A stretch of DNA of 64,000 nt from Methanobacteriota archaeon. GTDB taxonomy: Archaea; Thermoplasmatota; Thermoplasmata; SG8-5; JAGLSY01. This document shows, one piece after another, positions 1 through 9,965 of this stretch. The DNA lies in NCBI GenBank assembly GCA_020697715.1, contig JAEHCO010000004.1, positions 1 through 64,000 on the forward strand. The letters are read 5' to 3'. Position 1 is the first letter of the stretch; every line of letters starts with the position of its first letter. Made by a program: the position numbers and the translations under genes. The notes below the pieces were generated by a model. It did no database searches, was not told the origin of the DNA, and was given only the letters and a program-made list of their open reading frames with translations.

Positions 1-63
1 ATATACAATGATGATGATAATGATATGTGGGATAGGTCATCAGAAACAGAGAGCGATGACTGA
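1..63 (+). CDS. 3' end of an unidentified gene truncated by the window edge (acidic tail IYNDDDNDMWDRSSETESDD*)
   Basis: Open frame from base 1 to TGA at 61-63, followed by an AT-rich spacer; too short to identify. Confidence 0.45.
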   Translation: MYNDDDNDMWDRSSETESDD

Positions 64-91
64 TTAATTCAATAATTAAGTAAAATACTTC

Positions 92-139
92 TGATAGCCA
101 TATTTTATGATGGTCATATTTTATGATAGCCATATTAAA
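92..139. repeat. Three tandem copies of a 16-bp unit
   Basis: TGATAGCCATATTTTA (92-107), TGATGGTCATATTTTA (108-123), TGATAGCCATATTAAA (124-139). Confidence 0.85.
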
Positions 140-152
140 TTAATTCATAATA

Positions 153-575
153 TTATGATCGATCCTTTGATTGCAGTTCCACCAGCCTGAACTTACAGGC
201 TTCTGCACCCAGACTCACACACTCGTCCTCAAAACAGGCCAGCTTCTTACCGGTCTCTGCTTCATAAATGGCCTTGAGCATCCCACGCACCCTGTGGCAT
301 GTTACATCGCCCACTTTCGAGGAGGCTTCTATAGAGCCTGTTGTTGTCACATTGTAGCCATCGAATTCGATGCTTTCTATCCAACCACGTCCTTTGATCA
401 ATCTGCCAGCAGTGGTATAATAATCACTACCATCTGTCTTGGCGATCTTGGCAATTATCTCGCCAAATGCAAAGCCCTCTCTGAAAAAAAGTCCGTAACA
501 AGCATGAGACATCACACTCTCATAGAGCCCCCTGATCTTTTCGAATTCCATTTGTGAGATCCTGACGAACTTCAT
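153..575 (-). CDS. V4R (4-vinyl reductase)-domain small-ligand-binding protein
   Basis: 140 aa with V4R pattern: RGWIE, GSIEA...TCHRVRGML, EDECVSLGAEACKF. Confidence 0.8.
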   Translation of the reverse strand: MKFVRISQMEFEKIRGLYESVMSHACYGLFFREGFAFGEIIAKIAKTDGSDYYTTAGRLIKGRGWIESIEFDGYNVTTTGSIEASSKVGDVTCHRVRGMLKAIYEAETGKKLACFEDECVSLGAEACKFRLVELQSKDRS

Positions 576-650
576 GGCATTATAACATAGGCTTCAAGGG
601 TTTAAAATTTATGTTCATATGGACAGTGAACTTTTGAGCTTGGCAGTTCA

Positions 651-1190
651 CTATACCCAGATGGCATGCCGGGTTCTCATGTTCTTCTCGGTCTCATTCA
701 ATTTTTTCATAATATCGGATATCATGCCATCAAAGAATATGAGCGCGGTATCTTCAAAAAGAGTGCCAAGGGGAGCCAGTTCAGATCGAGTATTATTACT
801 ATCTGCTTCCATGGTTATCAATAGATTGGAAGCATGTGCAAGTTTGGAGCTTCCTTTGGCTGTAATTACCGCAACAGTAGCACCGACCCTGCCAACAATA
901 TTGGCTGTTTGGATCGCTGACATAGTCTCACCAGTCTTAGAGACCACAATGACAAGATCATTTGGCTCGACAATAGGTGTGATGGTCTCACCAATGAAGA
1001 ATACCTTGAGGCCTAATTGAACAAGACGGATCGCAAAGGCCTTTCCTACAAGACCGGACCTGCCAACACCATATATGAATATCTTTTTGGAATTCAAGAT
1101 ATTATCTATGAGATCATTTCTACTATCATGGCTGGATGATTCTAAGCATTGTTTGATCCTGTCGATGATATATTCCTCAGATTCTTCCAA
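651..1190 (-). CDS. hxlB: 6-phospho-3-hexuloisomerase (SIS domain)
   Basis: IFIYGVGRSGLVGKAFAIRLVQLG, GETITP, SKTGET, LAPLGTLFE, C-terminal MRTRHA typical of PHI. Confidence 0.9.
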   Translation of the reverse strand: MEESEEYIIDRIKQCLESSSHDSRNDLIDNILNSKKIFIYGVGRSGLVGKAFAIRLVQLGLKVFFIGETITPIVEPNDLVIVVSKTGETMSAIQTANIVGRVGATVAVITAKGSSKLAHASNLLITMEADSNNTRSELAPLGTLFEDTALIFFDGMISDIMKKLNETEKNMRTRHAIWV

Positions 1191-1200
1191 TCCATCACCA

Positions 1201-2238
1201 TCATTTTTTCTTATTGTTCTCTTTCAGCTTCTGCCTTTCAGCTTTTGCTTCTCTTTTTGCAAGAACACGCTCAAGTATGACCTTCATGTACATCGCATCA
1301 TGTTCGAGTAGTGGAGAACCACAGATAAGGGTCAGATCTATATCATTATCAAGGATACATTCTGCTAATGGCTCGAATTTTAGGTCACCTTTCTTAATAG
1401 GAGTATATCTGATCTCATTGCCACCTTCATGCTCCACACCAGAGAAATGAGTGTGGAAGAAGCCATTACTGTATTTATCGGCCTTATCGAACAATTCCTG
1501 GAAATCTTCCTTCTTCTTAAGTGCCCCATTGCCTCTTGCATGGATATGTGAGAAGTTTATTATTGGCACAAGTCCAGGTACATCTTTACATAACTTTATG
1601 ATCTCTGGAAATGTTCCGAATATCTCCTGCCGTCCACTTGTCTCCACACCGATCGGAACATGAATATCATTCTCTACAAGCCAGTCTGAAATGAAGAGAA
1701 GATTCTCCTTGATATTCTTCGCAGCCAGGGTCTTGGAATAATTACCATACATCCCAATATGAGTCACCAGCATACTGGCGCCTAATTGTTTGGCAAGTAA
1801 TCCTGCCCATTTGATACTATCAATGCTTTTGAAGAGAAGGTCATTGTCTGCGACCAGATCCATGTAATAAGGTGTATGAATTGATAATTCAACATCAAGG
1901 TTCCGGGCTATTTCAGAGAGCTCGGACAAGTGGGTGTAATCTCTGGCAATTGGATTGGACATGGAAAAGATCGTATCTCCTTTTTTGATCTCCTCGTTCA
2001 GAGGGACATTCTCCCTCTTCTTGCCACTACCGCGTGATACTTCGACCATGATCTCATTATGGAATTCAAGAGGAGTTATGCTATCCTCTTCTTCAGTAGC
2101 GATCCTTTCATACACATTTGTTCGTAATACTTGGATCTCCATAGCGGTAAGTCCCAATATATGAACGTCTTCAATACCATCCCTCAATGTTCTGCCTTTG
2201 CAGGACAGTGGGATTCCTGAAGGACCGTATCTTATCAT
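1201..2238 (-). CDS. Endonuclease IV-like TIM-barrel protein (AP endonuclease 2 family, archaeal type)
   Basis: IRYGPSGIP start, LSIHTPYY, VTHIG, GVETSGRQ..FG, INFSHIHAR, HTHFSGVE; start placed at ATG 2238 after SD GAGGTGG. Confidence 0.85.
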   Translation of the reverse strand: MIRYGPSGIPLSCKGRTLRDGIEDVHILGLTAMEIQVLRTNVYERIATEEEDSITPLEFHNEIMVEVSRGSGKKRENVPLNEEIKKGDTIFSMSNPIARDYTHLSELSEIARNLDVELSIHTPYYMDLVADNDLLFKSIDSIKWAGLLAKQLGASMLVTHIGMYGNYSKTLAAKNIKENLLFISDWLVENDIHVPIGVETSGRQEIFGTFPEIIKLCKDVPGLVPIINFSHIHARGNGALKKKEDFQELFDKADKYSNGFFHTHFSGVEHEGGNEIRYTPIKKGDLKFEPLAECILDNDIDLTLICGSPLLEHDAMYMKVILERVLAKREAKAERQKLKENNKKK

Positions 2239-2460
2239 GATCCACCTCTTAATATTAAATAACAAAATAATAATGAAATATCCATACTCACACCCTTGAA
2301 CTCGACCCTGTAAGGAGAACATGCATAATAAGGTATCTATTAGGTTACTATTAGGTTATATAGACATAATGGTAGCCATATATGGCAAAATGCCTACAGT
2401 ATCACAGGCATGATAAATTATGGGAAATATGAACAATAATTATTTCATAATAGGAACTGT

Positions 2461-3318
2461 ATGGGTTCTTTAATGAATACTGTGAAGGCGATCGTAATCT
2501 TTATTCTCATCATTATGATAAATCTCAGCGCATTGCCTGCATCTGTTACCGGTGACGTAACTGATGCAGGCAATGTCAATAAGATGATCAGGGATATCAG
2601 AACACCAATAATAACGCCAGGTGAAAATGGGGCACTGGAATTCCAATTGTTCAATCCAATGATGGGAAATTCGACCATGGGCAATATAACCCTCATAGTG
2701 TCCATCTATCTTTATAAAACAACTGAGCAGGCCATATCTACGGCAGATATCCAAAATGCTCCGAAATTCGTGGAATCTGGATCGACAAATGCCATGATCC
2801 AATTGGATACTCTAAAGGCAAATACATCAGAGATCATAAGTCTGGACATAAGCACAATAGATGATACCCCTCATGGGGGATATTTTTACCAAAGCTCTTA
2901 TTTTGTTAGCTTTCTTCTTGAATTCAATATGAACAATGATTCATATGTAATGGCATCAAGAGGTCATTTCTCTGATGAAGAATGGTTCATATTGATTAAC
3001 AATGAGGCAGATGATAGTGGTGTTAACATAACCTACATGAATTCCCTGGGTTATGATGGTATAATTCCAGATACGTCCTTCAGTGTCATGAAATATATAC
3101 CACACTGGCCTTATTATCTTCTCATTGCTATCGCTGCATTCATTGGAGCTGCGGCTTTATCATTATATATCATAGAATCAGATACAAAACATGTGAAATT
3201 AAAGAAAGGCCTTCAGAAGATGTGGGGCAAATTTTATCAATTTAGGAAACTTGCGAAATACCGCTTTGGACGCAATAGAGGGAAAGTCCATATCCCCCCT
3301 AGAGATAAGGAATCTTGA
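2461..3318 (+). CDS. Hypothetical membrane-anchored exported protein
   Basis: N-terminal signal-like hydrophobic stretch, beta-rich middle, C-terminal TM helix (YYLLIAIAAFIGAAALSLYII) and basic tail. Confidence 0.7.
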   Translation: MGSLMNTVKAIVIFILIIMINLSALPASVTGDVTDAGNVNKMIRDIRTPIITPGENGALEFQLFNPMMGNSTMGNITLIVSIYLYKTTEQAISTADIQNAPKFVESGSTNAMIQLDTLKANTSEIISLDISTIDDTPHGGYFYQSSYFVSFLLEFNMNNDSYVMASRGHFSDEEWFILINNEADDSGVNITYMNSLGYDGIIPDTSFSVMKYIPHWPYYLLIAIAAFIGAAALSLYIIESDTKHVKLKKGLQKMWGKFYQFRKLAKYRFGRNRGKVHIPPRDKES

Positions 3319-4386
3319 AAGATCCTCATCACCAAGGATATGAATAATCTCATCCAATTCATTATCATCAAGACCAATGAATATCTTACGAAGCAATAAT
3401 GCCTGTTTTATCTCCTTTCCGATGGTATCCATACAAAGATCACTGTATATTTTCAGATGATCCTTGTTCAATCTATCGCTTTCCAGTGATGCGATAGCAG
3501 TATCTGCACAATGTCGCGCGCACATTAGACCATAGACCAATCCACCACCTGTAAGGGGTTTTACCTGGCAGGCGGCATCCCCGACCAACATCATACGATC
3601 CGAATAATTACGATCAATTAGGCCAAGAGGTATCGAGCCAGAATTAATTGTTGATATTTCATCCATTATACCAAGCTTCTTCAGGAAGGAATAGAAGAAT
3701 CCTTTAGGATATTTGCCCCCAGACGTGCAAAGACCAATACGAACATTATCATCGGTGGGAATGAGCCATGTGAAAAAGCCAGGAGATACATGGTTGCCAA
3801 TATAGATCTCGACCTCATCCCGGATAAGATCAGGAAGAGTACTTAATGGAACCTCGGTCTGCATACCGAAAAGATATTCCTGAGGGAGTGGCAGATCATT
3901 CGCATCTCTGACATTGGAATAGGGGCCGTCAGCACCAATTATTAGTTTGGAAGATATCTGCTGAGTAATACCGCCATGTTTGATACTAGCAGTGACCTTT
4001 TCGCCAGAATGTTCCATCCCAATGAACCTTGATCCAGTCGATATCGAGGAGCCCGCATCCATGGCCTTATCAGCCATTCCTGTATCGAATTTTTGCCTAT
4101 CCAATACCAAAGCCTTATTTGAATCAGATCTTAAAGAAATTGTTGAGTTAGGAGATATGATCTTTCCGCCTTTTATTCTGTTCAAAATTGGAAGGTTATC
4201 ATAAGCCAGTTCCTCTATACGAGTACTGACGATACCAGCACATTGTAAAGGAGAACCGATCTTTTGATGTTCTTCAATAACAAGAACATCAAGCCCTGCT
4301 TTGGATATCAAGGACGCTGTTTTGGAGCCAATGGGACCGCCGCCCACCACGATAACATCATAATAACTGCTTTCGATCTCAGACAT
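3199..4386 (-). CDS. Geranylgeranyl reductase family FAD oxidoreductase (DGGGPL reductase-like)
   Basis: YDVIVVGGGPIG Rossmann motif, PLQCAG, IIGADG, PGFFTWLIP, LVGDAACQVKPLTGGG. Confidence 0.9.
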   Translation of the reverse strand: MSEIESSYYDVIVVGGGPIGSKTASLISKAGLDVLVIEEHQKIGSPLQCAGIVSTRIEELAYDNLPILNRIKGGKIISPNSTISLRSDSNKALVLDRQKFDTGMADKAMDAGSSISTGSRFIGMEHSGEKVTASIKHGGITQQISSKLIIGADGPYSNVRDANDLPLPQEYLFGMQTEVPLSTLPDLIRDEVEIYIGNHVSPGFFTWLIPTDDNVRIGLCTSGGKYPKGFFYSFLKKLGIMDEISTINSGSIPLGLIDRNYSDRMMLVGDAACQVKPLTGGGLVYGLMCARHCADTAIASLESDRLNKDHLKIYSDLCMDTIGKEIKQALLLRKIFIGLDDNELDEIIHILGDEDLSRFLISRGDMDFPSIASKAVFRKFPKLIKFAPHLLKAFL

Positions 4387-4692
4387 CCTTTACACCTATC
4401 TATCAATACAAGTCGATTTGAATATACACTAATGTTAATACTCAAGGGCAGTAAATGAATGAGTGTATAAATATCCATTTACTGCTAAAAGAATTGAAAA
4501 GAGCCTCCAAATAGATATTAGAATAAATTATTATATAGGTTATAGAATATAATCATAATAGGATTTTTATAAAATGATTGTTATTATTATGTGATAAATA
4601 ATTAGAATTCGACATACATTACCCTATTTAATTGCCTAACTTTTTAATAATATATACAATAAATAATTATTTAATGGAGTATGTGGATACAC

Positions 4693-4702
4693 TTATATAT
4701 AA
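4693..4702 (+). promoter_or_regulatory. Candidate TATA box for the 1593-aa gene
   Basis: TTATATATAA about 105 bp upstream of the TTG start; the region is AT-rich, so specificity is limited. Confidence 0.4.
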
Positions 4703-4807
4703 TTAGTATAATGTTACTATAACTATAGAGAGAAATAGCCGGAGCTATATTATTTGGGATAAATAAGGTCCGGCCGGGCATATTTCTTGAAATATGGAGT
4801 GGAATAA

Positions 4808-7800
4808 TTGCCGAGTAGCTATCTAAAAGCTATGCAATTGACGAAACAGCTTGAGGAAAAAGCAAAAGAAGCAACCAAGAATCGTCAATCTGCAGAAGAA
4901 GAATTGCAGGCAGCTCAAAGTGCGATGGAGCTAGCCAAAGTCTCAGATATCAATATTTCCGAAGCTACAGAGCTATATCAGCAGGCCACAGCCGCCTTTG
5001 ATGACAAGGAATATAAAAATGCCCTAAGTCTTGCAATACGCTCCAAAGAAGTTACCAATCAACAATTTAGCGATCACTCCATGAAGATCGTGGACTCCAC
5101 AGCAAAATTATTGGAGCTGGTCCAGGGTTTTGGCAAGCCATCTGAGAAGGCTGCCGCACTATTGGAAGAAGCAAAAAAGATCGTCCTGGAGAATGAATTT
5201 GAAAAGGCCATTGACCTTTCAAAACAATGCTGGGAAGATCTGGAAAAAGTGGTTCATGAACATCTATCCGATGAATTCTCCACAGCACAATCCATGATAG
5301 TGCTCGCCAGGAACAGTGGAGAGGACATGACCTCGGCCGAGGGATTGCTGGAGAATGCCAGAGAATACATGAACAATCAAGATTACTCTGCGGCACTGGA
5401 TAACTTAAAACAATGCATATCTGGGCTTAATACGGGCATACAGACGCAGATCGATGAGATGATGGATGAAGGCAGGGGCTTTCTAATAAGTGCAAAAGAG
5501 CTTGATGCAGATGTTACCAAGATAGAAGAGCTACTGGCAAAGATAGAAGAAGAGCTGAAGAACAGTGAATTCGAAAAAGCATTGAGCACATCACGTCTCT
5601 GTAAATCTGAAGCAGAGAAGACATTGAGCATTTCCATTTCAGCAAGCATAGAAGACAGACTGGTGGACATAGAGAAAGCCGAGACCATCAATGCAGATAC
5701 GGACAAGGGCCATGAAATTATCAATAAAGCTAAAAATGCTTTAAAGAATGGTAATTACTCTGAAGCTCTAACTGCTCTCAAGGACAGTGCTGAAGAGATA
5801 CAGAATACTCAATTCCAGAGAGTGTTGAAGACCATATCACAATCACGATCTAAATTCATGAAGGCAAAGAAATACAAAGCAGACCTCAGTGAGGCAATAG
5901 ACTATCTTAACAGAGCACGTGAAGCTTTAAAAGAAGGAGATTTCCTGGAATCGCTGCAGATGGCGAACCAGGGAGATAAGGTAGTGGATGAGATCATAAA
6001 TGAGTTCGACCAGATGGAGGAAATACTCACAGATCTCGAGACAAAGCTCAATGAAGCGCGTGAACTTGGCGTGGACATTGCAGATGCTGAAGAACTATAC
6101 AAGAAGGCTTACAGCCATTTCGAATCTAATAACATTACAGAATCAAATAAATTCAAGGAAAATGCAACAAAGATCCTGGACGGTGCCTTGTATTCCTTTA
6201 TTACAGACATGATAGAGACAGCGGAACTCGTCATATCTGCAGGTGATAATCTAGGAGCTCTTCTTGATGAGCCAAATGATTACATGCACAATGCGATAAA
6301 AGCTGTGAAGGAAGGAGAATATAGGATCGCATTGGAAGAAGCAGACAAAGCCATAAACCGTGCAGAGGAGATCATCAAGATCCATGTATCCAATACCATA
6401 GCATCAGCCGAACTGGCATTGCAGGAAGTATCAGATGTGGATGAGGATGAGATCGAAAATCTCATAGGCAAAGCAAAGACAGCCTTTGAGCAGAATGCCT
6501 TTGACGAAGCCTACAGACAAGCGGACAAAGCCCTGAGCATGATGGAGACAGCCCAATCTGCGAAAGCAAGGGAAACCATGACACTAATGGAAAATGCTGT
6601 GAACATTGCCAAGGAAATGGAATGTGACCTTTCAGGTATCGAGCAGGACATCAAATCCTCCTACGATAATATGACTGCCAGAGATTTCCAAATGGCACAG
6701 GATCTTTCTGAAAGGGTATATCGCAGTGTCATTAATTTACAGAAGATCACTGCCGAGAAGGAATTCGGTGACGCGAAGATAGAGGTCATCGAGGCAAAGA
6801 AGCTTGGAATTGATATCAGTGAGATGAGAGATGCACTCAAACGAGCAAAAGCTGGTTTTGAGAAAGGCGATTATAAAACAACCATGAATGAGAGTTCCAA
6901 GACCCTCGCAAATGCCAAAATGATAGTAGATGGGCATCAGGCAGCATACGAATCCATGACGCAGGCCGCAGCAATGGTTGCGGAAGCAAAGAAGAATAAG
7001 GCAGATGTCAGCACCATCATGGAAACATTGCTTAAGGCAAAGAGTGCCTTTGAGAATGCGAAATATTCTGAGGCGAAAGAATTATCAGATAATGCAAAAG
7101 AAGAAACAGACAGCATAGTCGCCCTCTACACATCGGCCAATAATCTCTCCAATGCAAGGAAATACCTATCTCATCTGGAAGAATTGGAGATAGATACCGC
7201 TCACCTCAACTCCCTGGTGGATGAGACAAAGACCGCGATGAAGAATAAAGATGCAGGGGCCGCAATAGAATTATCTGAAAAGGTAGAGAATAGCACACGT
7301 GACCTTCTCAACTCCAATATTACTAATTTAATTTCAGAAGCAGAATCCGCAATGATAGATGCAAAGGAGATAGGGATAGATATCTCCTCACCATCTACTA
7401 AATTGGACAGCGCAAGAACAATGCTTACAGAATCGGACTTTACGGCATCTATTGAATTTGCAAGGGCCGCTAAGGATGAAGTAATGAATATCAAGGAACT
7501 CAGCCAAAATGCAGCCATAAAAATGAAAGATCTGCAGGATAAGATCAGTGAAGCAGAGAATCTCTATGCCAATACAGATGATGTAAGGAAATTAAGAGAT
7601 AAAGCCATGGATGAGCTGAGAAATCATAATTATGGAAATGTAATAAGCCTTTCAGATGAAGGGCTTGAGGCTACCAAAGAGGCTATAAAGAATCATATAA
7701 CCAGCACAATATCCAGTTTCAGATCTGCGGCAGAAAAGGCCAAGGCTGATGGAGTTTCTGTAGTTGCGGCGGAAAAACTTCTGGAACAGGCTAAAGAAGC

Positions 7801-9589
7801 ATTTGAGAAGGGAGACAATAAAACCGCATTGGAACTTGCCATGAGAAGTGAGGGAGAACTCGAGAAGGTCGGTCTCCAACAGGACATGGCCGCCAAAGCT
7901 ATTAAGACAGCAGATGCAAAGATGGAAGAGGCAGACAAACTTGGCATATTCTCCCGACAGGCCAAGAATCTATTGGAAAGTGCCCAGAAGAATATCAATA
8001 ATGGTGATTATGTCAAGGCTTTGGAGAATGCGATCCAAAGCGGTGATGAGCTTTACAAAGTAAGAGAGGAATTCTCTGTTGCAGAAGAACAGATGAAACT
8101 CCTCAAGAGCCTCATTGACACTGCCATAGAGGTTGGTGTTGAGATATCTCTTGCAAAGAAATTACAAATGGATGCAGAGAATGCCATGAGCGGTCATGAT
8201 TACAAGACCGCACAGGAGATCGCCAAGGAAGGTTTGGTAGAAGGGCAAAGATTAACTTATTCCAAATTATCCTCGAAGATCACAGACACCTACAAATTAA
8301 TAGACCTCGGAGTAAATCTAAATCTTGACATGGAAGGATTGAGTTCCATAATAACAGAATCAAAGACCTTTATGGAAACAGGCAAGTTCATGATCTCCAA
8401 TGAAAAGATCACCACAGCATCTGACCAAGCTACATCTATTTTGAATAAACATGTTACAGACATCATAACGGATTCTGAATCATCAGCAAGCCATGCAAAG
8501 AACTTTGGTATAGATATCTCGGAAACATTAAGATTATTGGCAGAGGCTAAAGAAGCATTGAGCATCGGAAGATACATGAATGCAATGGAACTTGCAAAGA
8601 AGAGCAGGAGTGAGATATCAGATCTGCAAAAAGGAATAGAAAAGGAATTCATTGATCTGACTTACAAGGCAAATACTTTAATATCTTCTGTCAAGAAATT
8701 CGGTATCAATGTAAAAGAATCTGAGGAATTATTTGCTCAGGCCAGAGAGGTCAAAGCAGAAGATCACAAACAGGCAATTAAACTTATCAATCAGAGCATC
8801 CAATTGGCACAGAGCACTATGGACGAGTTCCGACCTAAGCTCTCTGCGAAGATCACGGACGACAGAGTGATAAAGGGACATTGGGTGGACACAGAGATCA
8901 CCATTACCAATATCGGAAAGACATTGGGTACTGACATATCGGTCAAGATGTTAGGAGATATCGAATACCATGGAGACATGAAGGTTGAAAAGCTCATGGG
9001 CGGTGGCAAGGATATCACCATTCCGATCAAGATAAAATTCACAGAGGGCATCGGTGAACAACCCGTCATCCTCGAGATGATATCGCACAGATTAATGGAC
9101 AATCAAAGATTTACAGACAGTGTAACTGCAAATATTGTCGTGGTCGAGGATATTCAGGTCAAGAAAGTAAAAGATTCATCCTTTGAAAAGATGAAAGCTC
9201 CCGAAGATCTGAAATGTAATGTCTGCATGGGAACTGTGAAGAAAGGTCTTGACATAATAAAATGTAGTTGTGGTAAGGAATACCACAACATGTGTGCTAC
9301 AAGATTCGGCAAGTGTACCAATTGCGAGAATAGCTTTGCTGAAAAGATGGACAAGGATGCGGAGGAAGATGTGCTTGGAGATCTTGGTGGCACCACACCG
9401 ACACCAAGTCCAACACCTGCGCCAGTAAAGCCCGCGCCAACACCAGAACCTGCTAAAGAAGAGAAGCCTGTAACACCAAAGCCTGCAACTGAACAGAAAC
9501 CTGCGCAGCCGGTAACTCCTGCACCAAAACCAGAGGAAAAGAAGAAGGAAGAGAAGAAAGAAGTGAAGCGTGTCAAATTGAGAATTTGA
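4808..9589 (+). CDS. Giant helical-repeat protein (~21 repeats of ~62 aa) + Ig/CARDB-like domain + C4HC3 zinc finger + Pro-rich tail
   Basis: 1593-aa ORF, TTG start after GGAGTGG; recurring A..LG.D...A..LL..A..A...G.Y..A unit; CNVC-x12-CSC-x4-H-x2-C-x6-CTNC. Confidence 0.85.
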   Translation: MPSSYLKAMQLTKQLEEKAKEATKNRQSAEEELQAAQSAMELAKVSDINISEATELYQQATAAFDDKEYKNALSLAIRSKEVTNQQFSDHSMKIVDSTAKLLELVQGFGKPSEKAAALLEEAKKIVLENEFEKAIDLSKQCWEDLEKVVHEHLSDEFSTAQSMIVLARNSGEDMTSAEGLLENAREYMNNQDYSAALDNLKQCISGLNTGIQTQIDEMMDEGRGFLISAKELDADVTKIEELLAKIEEELKNSEFEKALSTSRLCKSEAEKTLSISISASIEDRLVDIEKAETINADTDKGHEIINKAKNALKNGNYSEALTALKDSAEEIQNTQFQRVLKTISQSRSKFMKAKKYKADLSEAIDYLNRAREALKEGDFLESLQMANQGDKVVDEIINEFDQMEEILTDLETKLNEARELGVDIADAEELYKKAYSHFESNNITESNKFKENATKILDGALYSFITDMIETAELVISAGDNLGALLDEPNDYMHNAIKAVKEGEYRIALEEADKAINRAEEIIKIHVSNTIASAELALQEVSDVDEDEIENLIGKAKTAFEQNAFDEAYRQADKALSMMETAQSAKARETMTLMENAVNIAKEMECDLSGIEQDIKSSYDNMTARDFQMAQDLSERVYRSVINLQKITAEKEFGDAKIEVIEAKKLGIDISEMRDALKRAKAGFEKGDYKTTMNESSKTLANAKMIVDGHQAAYESMTQAAAMVAEAKKNKADVSTIMETLLKAKSAFENAKYSEAKELSDNAKEETDSIVALYTSANNLSNARKYLSHLEELEIDTAHLNSLVDETKTAMKNKDAGAAIELSEKVENSTRDLLNSNITNLISEAESAMIDAKEIGIDISSPSTKLDSARTMLTESDFTASIEFARAAKDEVMNIKELSQNAAIKMKDLQDKISEAENLYANTDDVRKLRDKAMDELRNHNYGNVISLSDEGLEATKEAIKNHITSTISSFRSAAEKAKADGVSVVAAEKLLEQAKEAFEKGDNKTALELAMRSEGELEKVGLQQDMAAKAIKTADAKMEEADKLGIFSRQAKNLLESAQKNINNGDYVKALENAIQSGDELYKVREEFSVAEEQMKLLKSLIDTAIEVGVEISLAKKLQMDAENAMSGHDYKTAQEIAKEGLVEGQRLTYSKLSSKITDTYKLIDLGVNLNLDMEGLSSIITESKTFMETGKFMISNEKITTASDQATSILNKHVTDIITDSESSASHAKNFGIDISETLRLLAEAKEALSIGRYMNAMELAKKSRSEISDLQKGIEKEFIDLTYKANTLISSVKKFGINVKESEELFAQAREVKAEDHKQAIKLINQSIQLAQSTMDEFRPKLSAKITDDRVIKGHWVDTEITITNIGKTLGTDISVKMLGDIEYHGDMKVEKLMGGGKDITIPIKIKFTEGIGEQPVILEMISHRLMDNQRFTDSVTANIVVVEDIQVKKVKDSSFEKMKAPEDLKCNVCMGTVKKGLDIIKCSCGKEYHNMCATRFGKCTNCENSFAEKMDKDAEEDVLGDLGGTTPTPSPTPAPVKPAPTPEPAKEEKPVTPKPATEQKPAQPVTPAPKPEEKKKEEKKEVKRVKLRI

Positions 9590-9923
9590 TCAACATACTT
9601 TATCTTCTTATTGTTCTATAATATCATTCTCTACATTATAACAATTCTATTTACACATATATGTATAACATTAGTCTTACATAACTATACTAATTATAAT
9701 CTAATTATTAATTGAATTATATAACCAACGTATGCACGTGTGTAATACATTGTACAAACTATACGCCATAATGCATGCATCGTTCATTCACAAGCACATA
9801 ACTAACAGACAGATACCTCATTCGTTCTAGAGATCCATGTATTAATGTAAACTTTCTGAAGATCGAAAGTATGTACAATGACCTTAGGTAAACCTAAAAC
9901 AAGAAAATATAAAAAGTAAAAGG

Positions 9924-9945
9924 GAGAGAGCCCGAAGGCTCTCTC
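9924..9945 (-). terminator. Intrinsic-terminator-like hairpin downstream of the S8 peptidase gene
   Basis: Minus strand GAGAGAGCC-TTCG-GGCTCTCTC (9-bp stem, UUCG loop) followed by CCTTTTACTTTTTATATTTT, about 20 nt after the stop. Confidence 0.85.
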
Positions 9946-9965
9946 ATTTTAGTTTGGTTTGCTGC

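Noticed and set aside
92-139. CRISPR array
   Set aside because: The units are contiguous 16-mers with no spacers, and no cas genes are present.
9393-9560. DNA-level repeat element
   Set aside because: Explained by a low-complexity Pro/Thr/Lys/Glu protein linker.
4808-9589. SMC/Rad50 chromosome segregation ATPase
   Set aside because: No Walker A/B, signature motif or hinge; the sequence is a regular short helical repeat.
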